64,000 nt of DNA. Source: Chloroflexota bacterium (lineage in GTDB: Bacteria; Chloroflexota; Dehalococcoidia; Lucifugimonadales; UBA3495). A model generated the notes under the pieces. The model did not search any database. It had not been told where the DNA came from and saw only the letters and a list, made by a program, of their open reading frames with translations. Below, one piece after another: positions 37,930 to 47,378 of the stretch; within the stretch, counting starts at the first letter, position 1, and the number at the start of each line of letters is the position of its first letter. The stretch lies in the NCBI GenBank assembly GCA_027623815.1, contig JAQBUV010000001.1, positions 3,295 to 67,294 of the forward strand, read 5' to 3'. The position numbers were made by a program, and so were the translations under genes.

Positions 37930-38964
37930 TTACCGCATACCCACTACCCGCACACGGTGGTTGATGCCGTCGGCGATGTAGAGGTTGCCCTGCCGGTCGA
38001 TTCCACATCCGTGAGGACGTTCCAATCCGGCGTCGGTGGGGTTGCCGCCGTCGCCGTCACCTCCCTGGTGTCCGCCAGCGATGGTGGTAACAATGCCGGT
38101 GTTAACGTCAATGCGGCGAACCGCATTATTCTCGGTGTCCACAACAATCACGTTGTCCTGATGGTCGCACCGCATGGCTTTGGGTGCGCCCCAGGTGGCG
38201 GCTAAGGCCGTGCCGCCGTCGCCACTGTAACCCCGCTCGCCAGTACCGGCGAAGGTGGACATTATCCCGTTGGCGTCGACTTTGCGGACGCCGTTGCCTT
38301 CCCGCTCGGCGATGTAAACGTTGCCCTGGCGATCCATGCACACCGCCCGAGGACCCATGATTGACGCTTCGGTAGCGGGCTTGCCGTCGCCTGCTCGTCG
38401 CTTTTCACCGTCACCGGCAAAGGTGGTGATGATTCCGGCCTTCAGGTCCAATCGGCGTATCCGTTGGTCCTGAATATCGGCAATGAGCAGGCCTCCTTTG
38501 CCGTCAAGACAAAAATCGTTAGGTTCCCTCAACTGCGCTTGGTTGCCCGGGCCGCCGTCGCCGCCGTAGCCGGGCTCTCCAGTGCCCGCCACCGTGGTAA
38601 TTATGCCGGTGGCGGCGTCAACTTTGCGGACAGCAGCGTTCAAACGGTCGGCCACGTATATATCGCCGTTGGTATCCACAACAAGTGAGTATAAATTATT
38701 CATGGTCGCTTGAGTTGCCGGGCCGCCATCCCCCGAATAACCCGCCGCGCCGGTTCCCGCCACCGTGGAAATTACCCACGAGTTTCTATCGATGCGCCGG
38801 ACGGTGTGGTTGCGCCCATCGCAGATGTACAGGTTATCTTCGGCGTCGAAGGCGCAACCGTAGGCCTCCCCAATCAAAGCCTGCGTTGCCGGGCCGCCGT
38901 CCCCGGCGTAGCCTTCTTCTCCGGTTCCGACAACGGTCTGGATCTTTCCAATTGCAAAATCCAT
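37930..38964 (-). CDS. NHL-repeat propeller protein (six ~57-aa blades)
   Basis: It contains six repeats of the form GTGE.GYSGDGGPAT.A....P.....D..GN.YIAD..N..VR..D. The start is taken at the ATG at 38964, although the ORF extends to 38994. Confidence 0.8.
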   Translation of the reverse strand: MDFAIGKIQTVVGTGEEGYAGDGGPATQALIGEAYGCAFDAEDNLYICDGRNHTVRRIDRNSWVISTVAGTGAAGYSGDGGPATQATMNNLYSLVVDTNGDIYVADRLNAAVRKVDAATGIITTVAGTGEPGYGGDGGPGNQAQLREPNDFCLDGKGGLLIADIQDQRIRRLDLKAGIITTFAGDGEKRRAGDGKPATEASIMGPRAVCMDRQGNVYIAEREGNGVRKVDANGIMSTFAGTGERGYSGDGGTALAATWGAPKAMRCDHQDNVIVVDTENNAVRRIDVNTGIVTTIAGGHQGGDGDGGNPTDAGLERPHGCGIDRQGNLYIADGINHRVRVVGMR

Positions 38965-39102
38965 CTTTCTTCCCTCTGTAAAACTATCAAGCAAGCGAGA
39001 AGCTATGCTACTTCAAGCTACTCGAATGAAATCATGAAATATAGTCTAGATGATGAGAATATTACCACGAACTTCTGGCGTGAGCTCGGAAGCGCCAATA
39101 AG

Positions 39103-39708
39103 TTAACCAGATTCCGAAGGACACGCCAGACGTATGTTGGGAGAGTATCCCGGCGCAGGCTCTCCGTCGGACATTGCCACCTGCGAAGCGGACATAAAGA
39201 AAGCCCCAACTTTTGCAGGGGCTTCCATCACTTGATTTGGGTGGTATTGGCTATTGCGAAAGCTGTCCGCGAACGGCACCCCCGGGAAGTCGGCGTTGTG
39301 CACGTTGATGTAATAGCCCGCAGGATTTTTGCGAATCTCTTTGATCAGGTCCGCCGGTGCGTCAACACAACCCTGAAGGTCATCCGGTACCGGCACCGGG
39401 TCTGGGATTACGGTGTCGAAGAAAGTGACCACGATCGGCCCGTTAACCCCAGCCTCAGCATGGTGAATGTGCGACCTCGTAGGGTCTGAGATTTGGTCAA
39501 CGGTAAGTTGGTAGCAAATTTCTTCCTGTCCGGAATTAAGCGTTAGATTCATCACACCGCTGCCGTCTGGGTCTCCGGGGTTTACCTCGTTTTGGCCCAA
39601 CAAATTCGCAGACAAGGGTCGCCCACCTGCTGAAACAGTCGCTGCACCGATGATTACGGTCAACGCCATCGCACCAACCGCCAAAGCCAGATACCCGCGC
39701 TTCTTCAT
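39103..39708 (-). CDS. secreted CHRD domain protein
   Basis: The signal peptide is MKKRGYLALAVGAMALTVIIGAATVSA. It also has SHIHHAEAGVNGPIVV of the CHRD type. Confidence 0.65.
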   Translation of the reverse strand: MKKRGYLALAVGAMALTVIIGAATVSAGGRPLSANLLGQNEVNPGDPDGSGVMNLTLNSGQEEICYQLTVDQISDPTRSHIHHAEAGVNGPIVVTFFDTVIPDPVPVPDDLQGCVDAPADLIKEIRKNPAGYYINVHNADFPGVPFADSFRNSQYHPNQVMEAPAKVGAFFMSASQVAMSDGEPAPGYSPNIRLACPSESG

Positions 39709-39966
39709 GTCGATTTAACCCTCCACACTTTGATACGGAGCGGATGCCCCCGTCCGCGCAATAATACGTAGGTGGCTGTCAAAACGGATTCAATTTATTT
39801 TGCCGAGGACTCAGCCTACACCAGGGCCTTATATTGGTGACCTTGGGGAGGTCGGTCTAGCAAACGGCCAAGGGATCAGGTCTACCTCAGTTTAGCGATT
39901 GGGTTACATGATTTCAGATCTATTGTGGTATGATCGGGCCGGAAAACCAATAGCGGAGGGGCTATC

Positions 39967-40980
39967 ATGCCGTACGGTGGTAATGATTGGCTGGCTTTAA
40001 CCCAAGAACCCACTTTGGAGCCGGAACTCCCCATTTGTGACCCGCACCACCACTTTTGGGACTTTCGTGAAATCCGCATTCCCTACCAGCGCTATCTATT
40101 GCATGAGTTGGCGGCCGATGTGAATAGCGGCCACAATGTGCGCTCGACGGTGTTTATTGAGACTAGAGCTATGTATCGTCCTGACGGGCCGGTGGATTCC
40201 CGATCCGCGGGCGAGGTCGAGTTTGTCCAGGGGTTGGCCGCGGCCAGCGCCACGGGACTGTACGGCCCGACCAGGGCAGCGTCGGCCATCATTGGCAACG
40301 CCAACCTGAGCCTGGGGCAAGCCGTGGAGCCGGTTCTGGATGCACTACAAGCAGCTAGCCCCAACCGATTTCGCGGTGTTCGCAATTCCGCCGCCTGGAA
40401 TGCCCACCCCGATGTGGAAAACCGAGCGGAGCAGGGCCTGTTGGCCAATGAAAACTTCAGGGACGGGGCTAAGGTGCTGGCCGGTAGAGGTCTGTCGCTG
40501 GAGGTAACGCTGTACTTTCCCCAGTTGTCCGAGTTGGTGGATTTCGCCAACGCCGTGCCCAACTTGTCCATTGTCCTGAACCATATTGGAGGCTTGTATC
40601 GGGTTGGCCCATACGGAAACCGGGATAACGAAGTATTGCCTGCCTGGCGCGATGGCATTGCGGCCGCGGCCAAGTGTCCCAACATCTTTCTCAAGCTGGG
40701 CGGCGTGGGACAACCTCGCTACGGATTTGACTGGTACACCTGGGAAAGGCCCATTGGGTCCGAACCGTTGGCTGCTTATCTGGGGCCGTTGCTGAACTAC
40801 TGTATCGAGCAATTCGGGCCAAACCGGTGTATGTTCGAAAGCAACTTCCCACCGGATAAGGTGTCCTACTCCTACAACGTCTTGTTCAACGCCTTCAAGC
40901 GCTTGTCGAAAGGCCACTCGGTTGCTGAGCGGGCGGCGTTGTTCCACGACACTGCCACTCGCGTTTACCGGATAGATTAG
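39967..40980 (+). CDS. amidohydrolase_2 family protein (paralog of 31060-32076)
   Basis: 337 aa. The first 33 residues are nearly identical to the paralog (MPYGGNDWLALTQEPTLEPELPICDPHHHFWD). Confidence 0.85.
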   Translation: MPYGGNDWLALTQEPTLEPELPICDPHHHFWDFREIRIPYQRYLLHELAADVNSGHNVRSTVFIETRAMYRPDGPVDSRSAGEVEFVQGLAAASATGLYGPTRAASAIIGNANLSLGQAVEPVLDALQAASPNRFRGVRNSAAWNAHPDVENRAEQGLLANENFRDGAKVLAGRGLSLEVTLYFPQLSELVDFANAVPNLSIVLNHIGGLYRVGPYGNRDNEVLPAWRDGIAAAAKCPNIFLKLGGVGQPRYGFDWYTWERPIGSEPLAAYLGPLLNYCIEQFGPNRCMFESNFPPDKVSYSYNVLFNAFKRLSKGHSVAERAALFHDTATRVYRID

Positions 40981-41051
40981 CTGGCATAAACTATGCCGGT
41001 GCCGACCATCTTGTATCCAACTACCTTCACGAATAAGGAGAAATCCAAATC

Positions 41052-42464
41052 ATGTCTAACGATGCTCTAAGCAAGCTCATGCCGGTTGTCGATTGGCCCG
41101 AGGAGCGCGCCTCATTAGTCGAATTAACCGGGGGCACCGATCCAATATTACCGACGCCGTTCCGCATCGGTGAAACCAGTGCTGCCGCGCTAGCCGCAGT
41201 CGGCCTAGCTGCATCTGATCTGTGGGAACTGCGCACCGGCCGTCGCCAGGAGGTCGCGGTTGATACTCGCCAGGCGACTGCATCGCTGCGCAGCGGGAAA
41301 TACATGCAGATGGACGGGGCGCAAGTTTCAACCGAGCGCAACCAGGTGATGGGCGTCTATCCGGCCAAGAACGGCCGCTGGAGCTATCTGCACTGCAATT
41401 TCCCGAACCACCGGGCCGCCGCCCTCAGCGTGCTGGGCGTGTCGGAAGACAAGCAGGCGGTGCGGCAAGCGGTGGCGCAATGGGACGCTTTAGAGCTAGA
41501 GGAGGCGATCCTCGCTGCTAATGGCGCCGGCGGTATGGTGCGCACCATGGCAGAATGGGCGCAGCATCCCCAGTCGGCCGCGATTGCCTCCCTGCCGCTG
41601 ATGGAGATAGTCAAAATTGGAGACAGTCCGCCCGAAAAACTCCCCGATGGTGACCGGCCTTTGTCGGGAGTCCGGGTGCTCGACCTGACGCGGGTTCTCG
41701 CCGGGCCGACCTGCGCCCGCACCTTAGCCGAACACGGCGCCGATGTCTTGAAAATCACCGGGGCGCATCTGCCAAATATCGGATACCAGGAATACGATAC
41801 CGGACACGGCAAACTCTCCGCCAATCTCGACCTGCGAGAACCGAAGGATACCGAGACACTACGAGGGTTGGTCCGTGAGGGTGACGTGTTCTCCCAAGGC
41901 TACCGGCCTGGAACCCTCGGCATGCGGGGACTCTCGCCAGAAGCACTGGCCCAATTGCGGCCCGGTCTCGTGTACGTCTCGCTGTCAGCCTTCAGCCATG
42001 TCGGGCCCTGGGCGTCCCGCCGGGGCTTTGACACGGTGGTGCAGACGGTCAGCGGCATCACCACTCGCCAGGCCGAGCTGTTCCCTGGCGCTGAGCCGGG
42101 CCCGCAATTCTATCCGGTATCGGCAATCGATTATTTGACCGGCTACTTGATGGCATTTGGAGCGATGGTAGCGTTGGCGCGCCGTGCCCGCGAGGGCGGT
42201 AGTTGGCTGGTGCGGATTTCTCTGGCACAGACCGGCCACTGGCTGGTCGGGCGTGGACAGGTGCCGGACGCTGAACTCAAAGACGTGCCGAAGGAATTCA
42301 CTCCGGCGGAGGTGGAACGTTGGTCAATGTCCAGCGACACGCCGGTCGGTAAACTGCGCCATCTCGGCCCGGTGGTAGGGCTATCCGAGACACCGCCGCG
42401 CTGGGCTCGCCCGTCAGTGCCGCTCGGCTACAATGATCCGGTGTGGCCGCAGCGCGGCGCTTAG
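41052..42464 (+). CDS. family III (CaiB/BaiF) CoA-transferase with non-canonical domain order
   Basis: 470 aa preceded by an AAGGAG RBS. The hallmark N-terminal motif GVRVLDLTRVLAGPTCARTLAEHGADVLKI sits at about residue 205 instead of about residue 10. Confidence 0.8.
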   Translation: MSNDALSKLMPVVDWPEERASLVELTGGTDPILPTPFRIGETSAAALAAVGLAASDLWELRTGRRQEVAVDTRQATASLRSGKYMQMDGAQVSTERNQVMGVYPAKNGRWSYLHCNFPNHRAAALSVLGVSEDKQAVRQAVAQWDALELEEAILAANGAGGMVRTMAEWAQHPQSAAIASLPLMEIVKIGDSPPEKLPDGDRPLSGVRVLDLTRVLAGPTCARTLAEHGADVLKITGAHLPNIGYQEYDTGHGKLSANLDLREPKDTETLRGLVREGDVFSQGYRPGTLGMRGLSPEALAQLRPGLVYVSLSAFSHVGPWASRRGFDTVVQTVSGITTRQAELFPGAEPGPQFYPVSAIDYLTGYLMAFGAMVALARRAREGGSWLVRISLAQTGHWLVGRGQVPDAELKDVPKEFTPAEVERWSMSSDTPVGKLRHLGPVVGLSETPPRWARPSVPLGYNDPVWPQRGA

Positions 42465-42540
42465 CCATCCCAAACGTTGCGGCGAGCACTCCAAAGTGAC
42501 TGTCTCACTGCGATATTCAGAGAAACTAGGGAGACTATAT

Positions 42541-42888
42541 ATGCAAATAACACGAGTCTACACTGGCGATGATGGACAATCTCATTTCGAAGACATTGAG
42601 ATTGCTGACCATCCGAAGCTTGATGAGTTAAGCGCGGTCACCAGCATCCGATTTAGGATTGGCGAGCCAGGCAATTTTAGTGACTGGCATCAGGAGTCCC
42701 GCCGCAATTACATCATCACGCTCTCCGGCGAAGGGGAGATCGGAATTGGTGATGGCTCGCTACGACGCTTTGGCCCCGGCCAGGTCATGTTGGTCGAGGA
42801 TTTGACGGGCCAGGGTCACACTACTCGTGTCAGCAGCACGGAGCCCAGGATCACGATCGCCGTTCCTTTGCTCAATCAAACCCCTTGA
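42541..42888 (+). CDS. small cupin-like protein
   Basis: Track ORF 42433-42888 is trimmed to the ATG at 42541 after GGGAGA. The product is 115 aa (MQITRVYTGDDGQSHFEDIEI...). The fold assignment is tentative. Confidence 0.55.
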   Translation: MQITRVYTGDDGQSHFEDIEIADHPKLDELSAVTSIRFRIGEPGNFSDWHQESRRNYIITLSGEGEIGIGDGSLRRFGPGQVMLVEDLTGQGHTTRVSSTEPRITIAVPLLNQTP

Positions 42889-42976
42889 ACTAGATGTTGC
42901 CATCGGGATAGAAAACCCTGCGGCAGATCCCTGATCAGGGTGAAGACCCCCGGAACGCGCCGAAATAAGAAAGTGC

Positions 42977-43127
42977 GGTCAAATGCAGCAATTCTAATTA
43001 TGGGGTTAATGTCGGTATTCACCCCGTCACGGCCCTCTTGTACAGATACGAGGGATGGGTTCAGAGGAGCGATTTTCTGCCGATACGCGGGGTCGAATTG
43101 CCATAATTAGAATTGCTGGGTCAAATG
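42977..43127. mobile_element. 133-bp MITE (42986-43118) with perfect 18-bp TIRs and a 9-bp target-site duplication
   Basis: The left TIR CAGCAATTCTAATTATGG (42986-43003) is the exact reverse complement of CCATAATTAGAATTGCTG (43101-43118). GGTCAAATG directly flanks both ends (42977-42985 and 43119-43127). Confidence 0.8.
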
Positions 43128-43195
43128 TACCTTCGTTCTTTGAGTGATATCATCCCCGCATGATCGGGATTAGTAACAAGTTAAAGGAAGTGCTT

Positions 43196-44989
43196 ATGAA
43201 CCTAAGATTATGGCGACCCGGAATAGTAATCTTCGCACTGATCATCACTGTACTCGCGGTGGCTTGCGGGGCTGCAGCCACCACCGTGGCTCCCACCGCC
43301 GCGATAGACCCAACAGTTGCGCCGTCAGGGACTGTTGCTCCGGTAGATGTCTCCGCTCCTACTGCTGTCCCAATCAATGCGCCTACCGTGACGCCGCTTC
43401 CCTCTGAGGTTGTCTCGGCCCGGGATAGCATGACCTTGTCAATTAACCTGGAGCCACTTACGATGAATCCGTTTCCTTCTCAGGGCGGTATTACCGCTAC
43501 TCCTGGCAAAGACAACATGGTTGACCCGTTGACCTGGCAGTCTGGGGATGACCTGCGTATTGTACCCACCACTGCAACAGTAGGCTGGGAGCAGTTAGGC
43601 CCGGACCAATGGCGTTTTGAGCTGCGTCAGGGAGTGAAGTTTCACAACGGGGAAGATTGGGATGCGCAGGCGGCTCTGCCTTCCCTCGCCTATCAGGGCA
43701 TAGCAAGCAATGATAACTCCAGCTTCGCTTACACCGGTGGGTACACCGCCCAGGCAGTAGATGAATTCACACTGGATATCATCTGCGATCAGGGTTGCCC
43801 GGTATTTCCAAACTCCACCTTTTTCTTGAACTTCACGGCGCCAGATTTCTTTCAAAATAGCAGCGAGGACGAACTATCTCGCCAGGGTGTCGGCTTTGGC
43901 CCTTACCAGCAAGTTCGTTGGGATCCGGGTGTATCGCTAACTCAAGAAGCCTAAGATGATTATGTACCAGCGGGCGATCATTTCGAATTTCAAAAGCCGT
44001 TAGTTCGCAATTTGAAATGGGTGTGGCGAAGTGAGACTACAGTGGCCGCCGCGATGGTTCAGACCGGAGAGGCCGATATTGCCTGGGACGTGGGAGTAGA
44101 CGCCATTGACTCTCTTCCCGAAAATATGATCAAGTCAGGTAGCTCAGCCGAGGTATTTTCCTTCTGGCTAAACACCCTTTGGCACCCGGAGTTAAAGAAA
44201 ACAAAGGTACGGCAGGCAATATCGCACGCTATCAACTGCCAGGAGTTGGTAGACTCCCTCTACGGCGGTCTGGCACCATGCCGGGGCAACGTCATGTGGC
44301 CCGGTGTTGTCGGCGCCACTGAGCGTAATACAGCACCTTACGAGTACAACCCGACTCTATCAAAGCAACTGTTGGCGGAAGCCGGTTACGATCCCGAAAA
44401 TGTTATTAAAATGGGTGGTCGGGGCGCTCGTATTCCCAAGCAGGTAGAAGTTTACGAAGCAATGCAAGGGTATCTCCAAGACGTGGGGTTGAATGTGGAA
44501 ATTACTGTGTTGGAGTCTTCGGTCCGGAGCGAATATCGCAAATGCGCCATTGGGAAAGCAGTTAACGAGGTCTTGGAAGCCCAGGGAAAAGACCCGAACG
44601 TGGATGAGGCTACTCCGGCTGACATGCAGGCCGCCCTGGACAAGGGTGGCGCCGATTGCGCGACGGGTCATTTTCTGGAAAGCCCTCTTTCCAACGAAGC
44701 CCTCGATTTCGGTTTGACCGCTAACCGTTACTTGAACTGCCTCCGGCCCCAGTCTTTCGTCTGCGACCCTAGTCCAGGTGGGCTACAGGATCAAATTGGT
44801 CCGGCATTGGCTGCGTCCGGCGACGAACGAGCAGAGAGGTTACAAGCTCTCGGTGACCGTTTGCATGATGAGGTGCTGATCTTGGGGTTGTTTGAACCGC
44901 CGGTGATCTATGCAGTAGACCCTAAGCTGAACTTTACACCTCGCTTTGACCGGCGCGTCCGTGCTAGCTCGATGTGGTTCAGCCCCTAG
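43196..44989 (+). pseudogene. family-5 ABC solute-binding lipoprotein gene interrupted by one in-frame TAA
   Basis: Track ORFs 43160-43954 and 44012-44989 are in the same frame, separated only by TAA at 43952-43954 (..VSLTQEA*DDYVPAGDHF..). The N-terminus MNLRLWRPGIVIFALIITVLAVAC looks like a lipoprotein signal. No permease or ATPase genes lie nearby. Confidence 0.7.
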
Positions 44990-45046
44990 AAGAGCGCTCC
45001 CCAGAGCATTGTTACCATAGAGTCTGAACATACTCGAGCACTTGTG

Positions 45047-45069
45047 GGGGCGGGTCCGAGACCCGCCCC
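45047..45069. terminator. GC-rich hairpin between convergent genes
   Basis: GGGGCGGGT-CCGAG-ACCCGCCCC forms a 9-bp perfect stem. Confidence 0.5.
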
Positions 45070-45132
45070 TAACACATCCCTTGGCACTCCATTCCCACTA
45101 GAGTGATTTGATAGACCCAGTTGCGATGCTGC

Positions 45133-45651
45133 CTAGCCCAGGTCTAGAGCCAGGGCCTGATTGAGCCTGGCCATCATCTGGTAGTAGCACACCGCCGTCG
45201 CCAGGTTGACGGCTCCGGATTCCCCCAGCAGGTGGCATACGGCTTGCCAAGTGGAGTCTCGAACCTGGTTCCGCAATACTTCAATCGTGAACTGCGCCCA
45301 GATCCCCTCTTTCGGCAGCAAGCCTCGCGGGGCCTTGCCAGCAGCGATAGCCTGTATTACTGCGTCCCTGATTCCCGCTTGACGGGCTTGCGGCTCGAAA
45401 GCCTCCCACAAGGCTTGATTGTCCACCTCTTTGGCCACAGTTAACGCGACTGTGAGCCTCACCCAGGGCTCCAATGTAGCCTCGTCGCTGACGAGTTCAT
45501 CAAGGCCAACCATCTGTGAGGCTATTTTTGGGCTGTTGAATAGGGTCTGGAAGGTGGCGGACAACCCGGATTCAGGGCGGGCAACTTTCTGGTATGCAGA
45601 AACCAGGTTGCGGGAGACCTGCTCTTCGGTGACTAGAGGCAAACGAGCCAT
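45133..45651 (-). CDS. carboxymuconolactone decarboxylase (AhpD-like) family protein
   Basis: 172-aa helical CMD-type sequence. Confidence 0.65.
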   Translation of the reverse strand: MARLPLVTEEQVSRNLVSAYQKVARPESGLSATFQTLFNSPKIASQMVGLDELVSDEATLEPWVRLTVALTVAKEVDNQALWEAFEPQARQAGIRDAVIQAIAAGKAPRGLLPKEGIWAQFTIEVLRNQVRDSTWQAVCHLLGESGAVNLATAVCYYQMMARLNQALALDLG

Positions 45652-45737
45652 AAATCCCTCCTGAGGAGTTTGCTAGGAGATTGCTTCATCGGTCTACAAG
45701 TTTAGCACCTATCCCGGGCGCTAATACTATCTCTTCA

Positions 45738-45803
45738 CAGAAGCCGTGTATAACAGAAGCCGTGTATAAACAGAAACTGCGTTATAAATCTAAGCTGCGT
45801 ACC
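45738..45803 (+). repeat. four direct 16-18-bp repeats in a divergent promoter region
   Basis: The units are CAGAAGCCGTGTATAA, CAGAAGCCGTGTATAAA, CAGAAACTGCGTTATAAA and TCTAAGCTGCGTACC, head to tail. Confidence 0.7.
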
Positions 45804-45807
45804 ACTA

Positions 45808-45875
45808 GTGGTTCGACAAGCGTGTCCTGAGCCTGGGGAAAGGCTCACCACGAGCGGACTTGCCACGACCTTGCA
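45808..45875. repeat. family-C repeat, copy 2 (shorter)
   Basis: GTGGTTCGACAAGCGTGTCCTGAGCC...GGCTCACCACGAGCGGACTTGCC shares the GGTTCGAC and CTCACCA.GAGCGGACTTG blocks with 34417-34506. Confidence 0.55.
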
Positions 45876-46021
45876 GAAGTCCTATACCCGGATACCAATT
45901 GGGGTAAACTTGGCACGGCGGTTTTGATATACTACCCCAGTTGATTTGTGGGGTGTGGCAGATGGAGTCTCTGGAGAAGTTCAACTCTTGAGATTCGGAA
46001 ATTATAGTGAAAGGAATAAAC

Positions 46022-46900
46022 ATGACTACAGTCGGTTCAGGCAAATACACCTATGATCTAATTCAAGACTGGCCCAAGCTGCCCCAGGGTGAGGCTCTGG
46101 GTGTCGTTAGCTCGGTCGCTACTGATTCCCAGGACCGGGTTTACGCCTTTCAGCGTCAAGACCCGCCAGTGATGGTATTCGACCGAGACGGCAAGTACCT
46201 CAATCGTTGGGGTATCGGAGCGATTACCGACCCCCACGGAATTAATATCGTAGACGATATAGTTTACATAACTGACCGATCAGACCAGGTGGCAGTGAAG
46301 TTCACCCTGGATGGCAAACCGCTGCAAGTTATCGGCGACCGGGGAGTCTTCTCCGATACCGGATGTGAAAAGCCCGGCGATTTGTGCCCACGGGCGGCTG
46401 GCCCCTTTAATTACTGCACTGAAATGTCGACCAGCCCCTCCGGAGATATTTACATATCTGATGGGTACCGGAATGCGCGAGTGCACCGCTTCACCAGCGA
46501 GGGACAGCTTATTCAGTCGTGGGGACAGCCTGGCAAGGAAGAACCCGGACATTTCCACCTGGTCCACAGCCTTTTGGTTGGCCCGGACGGGAAGGTTTAT
46601 GTCTGTGACCGCGCCAACCGACGGGTGCAGATTTTCTCGCCGGAGGGCGAGTTCATAACCATGTGGACCGGGATGGGCGGCCCCGACAACATTGTGAGAG
46701 ACAAAGACGGCATTTTCTACATCGCTGAGCAGGCCGACGAATCTGGCGACTCCCACGTGAGTATTTGGGATGGCGATGGCAACGTGCTAGAGCGCTGGCC
46801 AATTCGGCACGCGCATGGCCTGTGTGTAGACTCAGAGTGCAATATTTATCTGGGCCTGACCCTGGAACACAGCGTGGATAAGTACGTCAGGAAGGGCTAG
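46022..46900 (+). CDS. six-bladed NHL propeller, PAL-like (paralog of 26280-27179)
   Basis: The ATG at 46022 gives MTTVGSGKYTYDLIQDWPKLPQGE. It has DGYRNARVHRF and ends VDKYVRKG, exactly as the paralog does. Confidence 0.65.
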   Translation: MTTVGSGKYTYDLIQDWPKLPQGEALGVVSSVATDSQDRVYAFQRQDPPVMVFDRDGKYLNRWGIGAITDPHGINIVDDIVYITDRSDQVAVKFTLDGKPLQVIGDRGVFSDTGCEKPGDLCPRAAGPFNYCTEMSTSPSGDIYISDGYRNARVHRFTSEGQLIQSWGQPGKEEPGHFHLVHSLLVGPDGKVYVCDRANRRVQIFSPEGEFITMWTGMGGPDNIVRDKDGIFYIAEQADESGDSHVSIWDGDGNVLERWPIRHAHGLCVDSECNIYLGLTLEHSVDKYVRKG

Positions 46901-47018
46901 CTCAGAACCTGCTAATGACATACAGCAAGCCTGGTATCACCCGGCACATTTCAAATTGAAATGGTTCCGGGGATAATGTCGTGCTTGGAAAAACAAATAC
47001 TCGCTCGGAGATGTTGAA

Positions 47019-47324
47019 ATGACTCTACCTAACCCCGGCGCTTGGCAAGCTATCATAGAAGAGAACGCTCCCCAGTTGTACCAGGATGTAACCTTGGTGC
47101 GAGAACATGTTCTGTCTGAGGGAGCGCTGCCCTTGAAAGTCAAAGTGCTGATGACCATGCTTTGCGATGCCCTACTGGGCCACGATGACGGCGTCAAGAA
47201 CATCGCCAATCGCGCCCGCGCCGTCGGGGCCACCGAGGCAGAAATCGCCGAAACCGTGGGCGTTGCCTTCGTCATGGGCGGCACACCGGCGCTGGTCACC
47301 GGGGCTAACGCCTTCAGAAAATAA
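47019..47324 (+). CDS. small carboxymuconolactone decarboxylase family protein
   Basis: 101 aa with the pattern LPLKVKVLMTMLCDALLGH of CMD type. Confidence 0.65.
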   Translation: MTLPNPGAWQAIIEENAPQLYQDVTLVREHVLSEGALPLKVKVLMTMLCDALLGHDDGVKNIANRARAVGATEAEIAETVGVAFVMGGTPALVTGANAFRK

Positions 47325-47378
47325 GCTCTGGAAATAAGCTGCCTGAAATAAACTGCCCGTTGGCAAGAAAAGGTGAAC

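Noticed and set aside
43952-43954. The in-frame stop in the SBP gene read as programmed recoding (Sec/Pyl or readthrough).
   Set aside because: The codon is TAA, not TGA or TAG, and no SECIS- or PYLIS-like structure follows. A point mutation or sequencing error is the simpler explanation.
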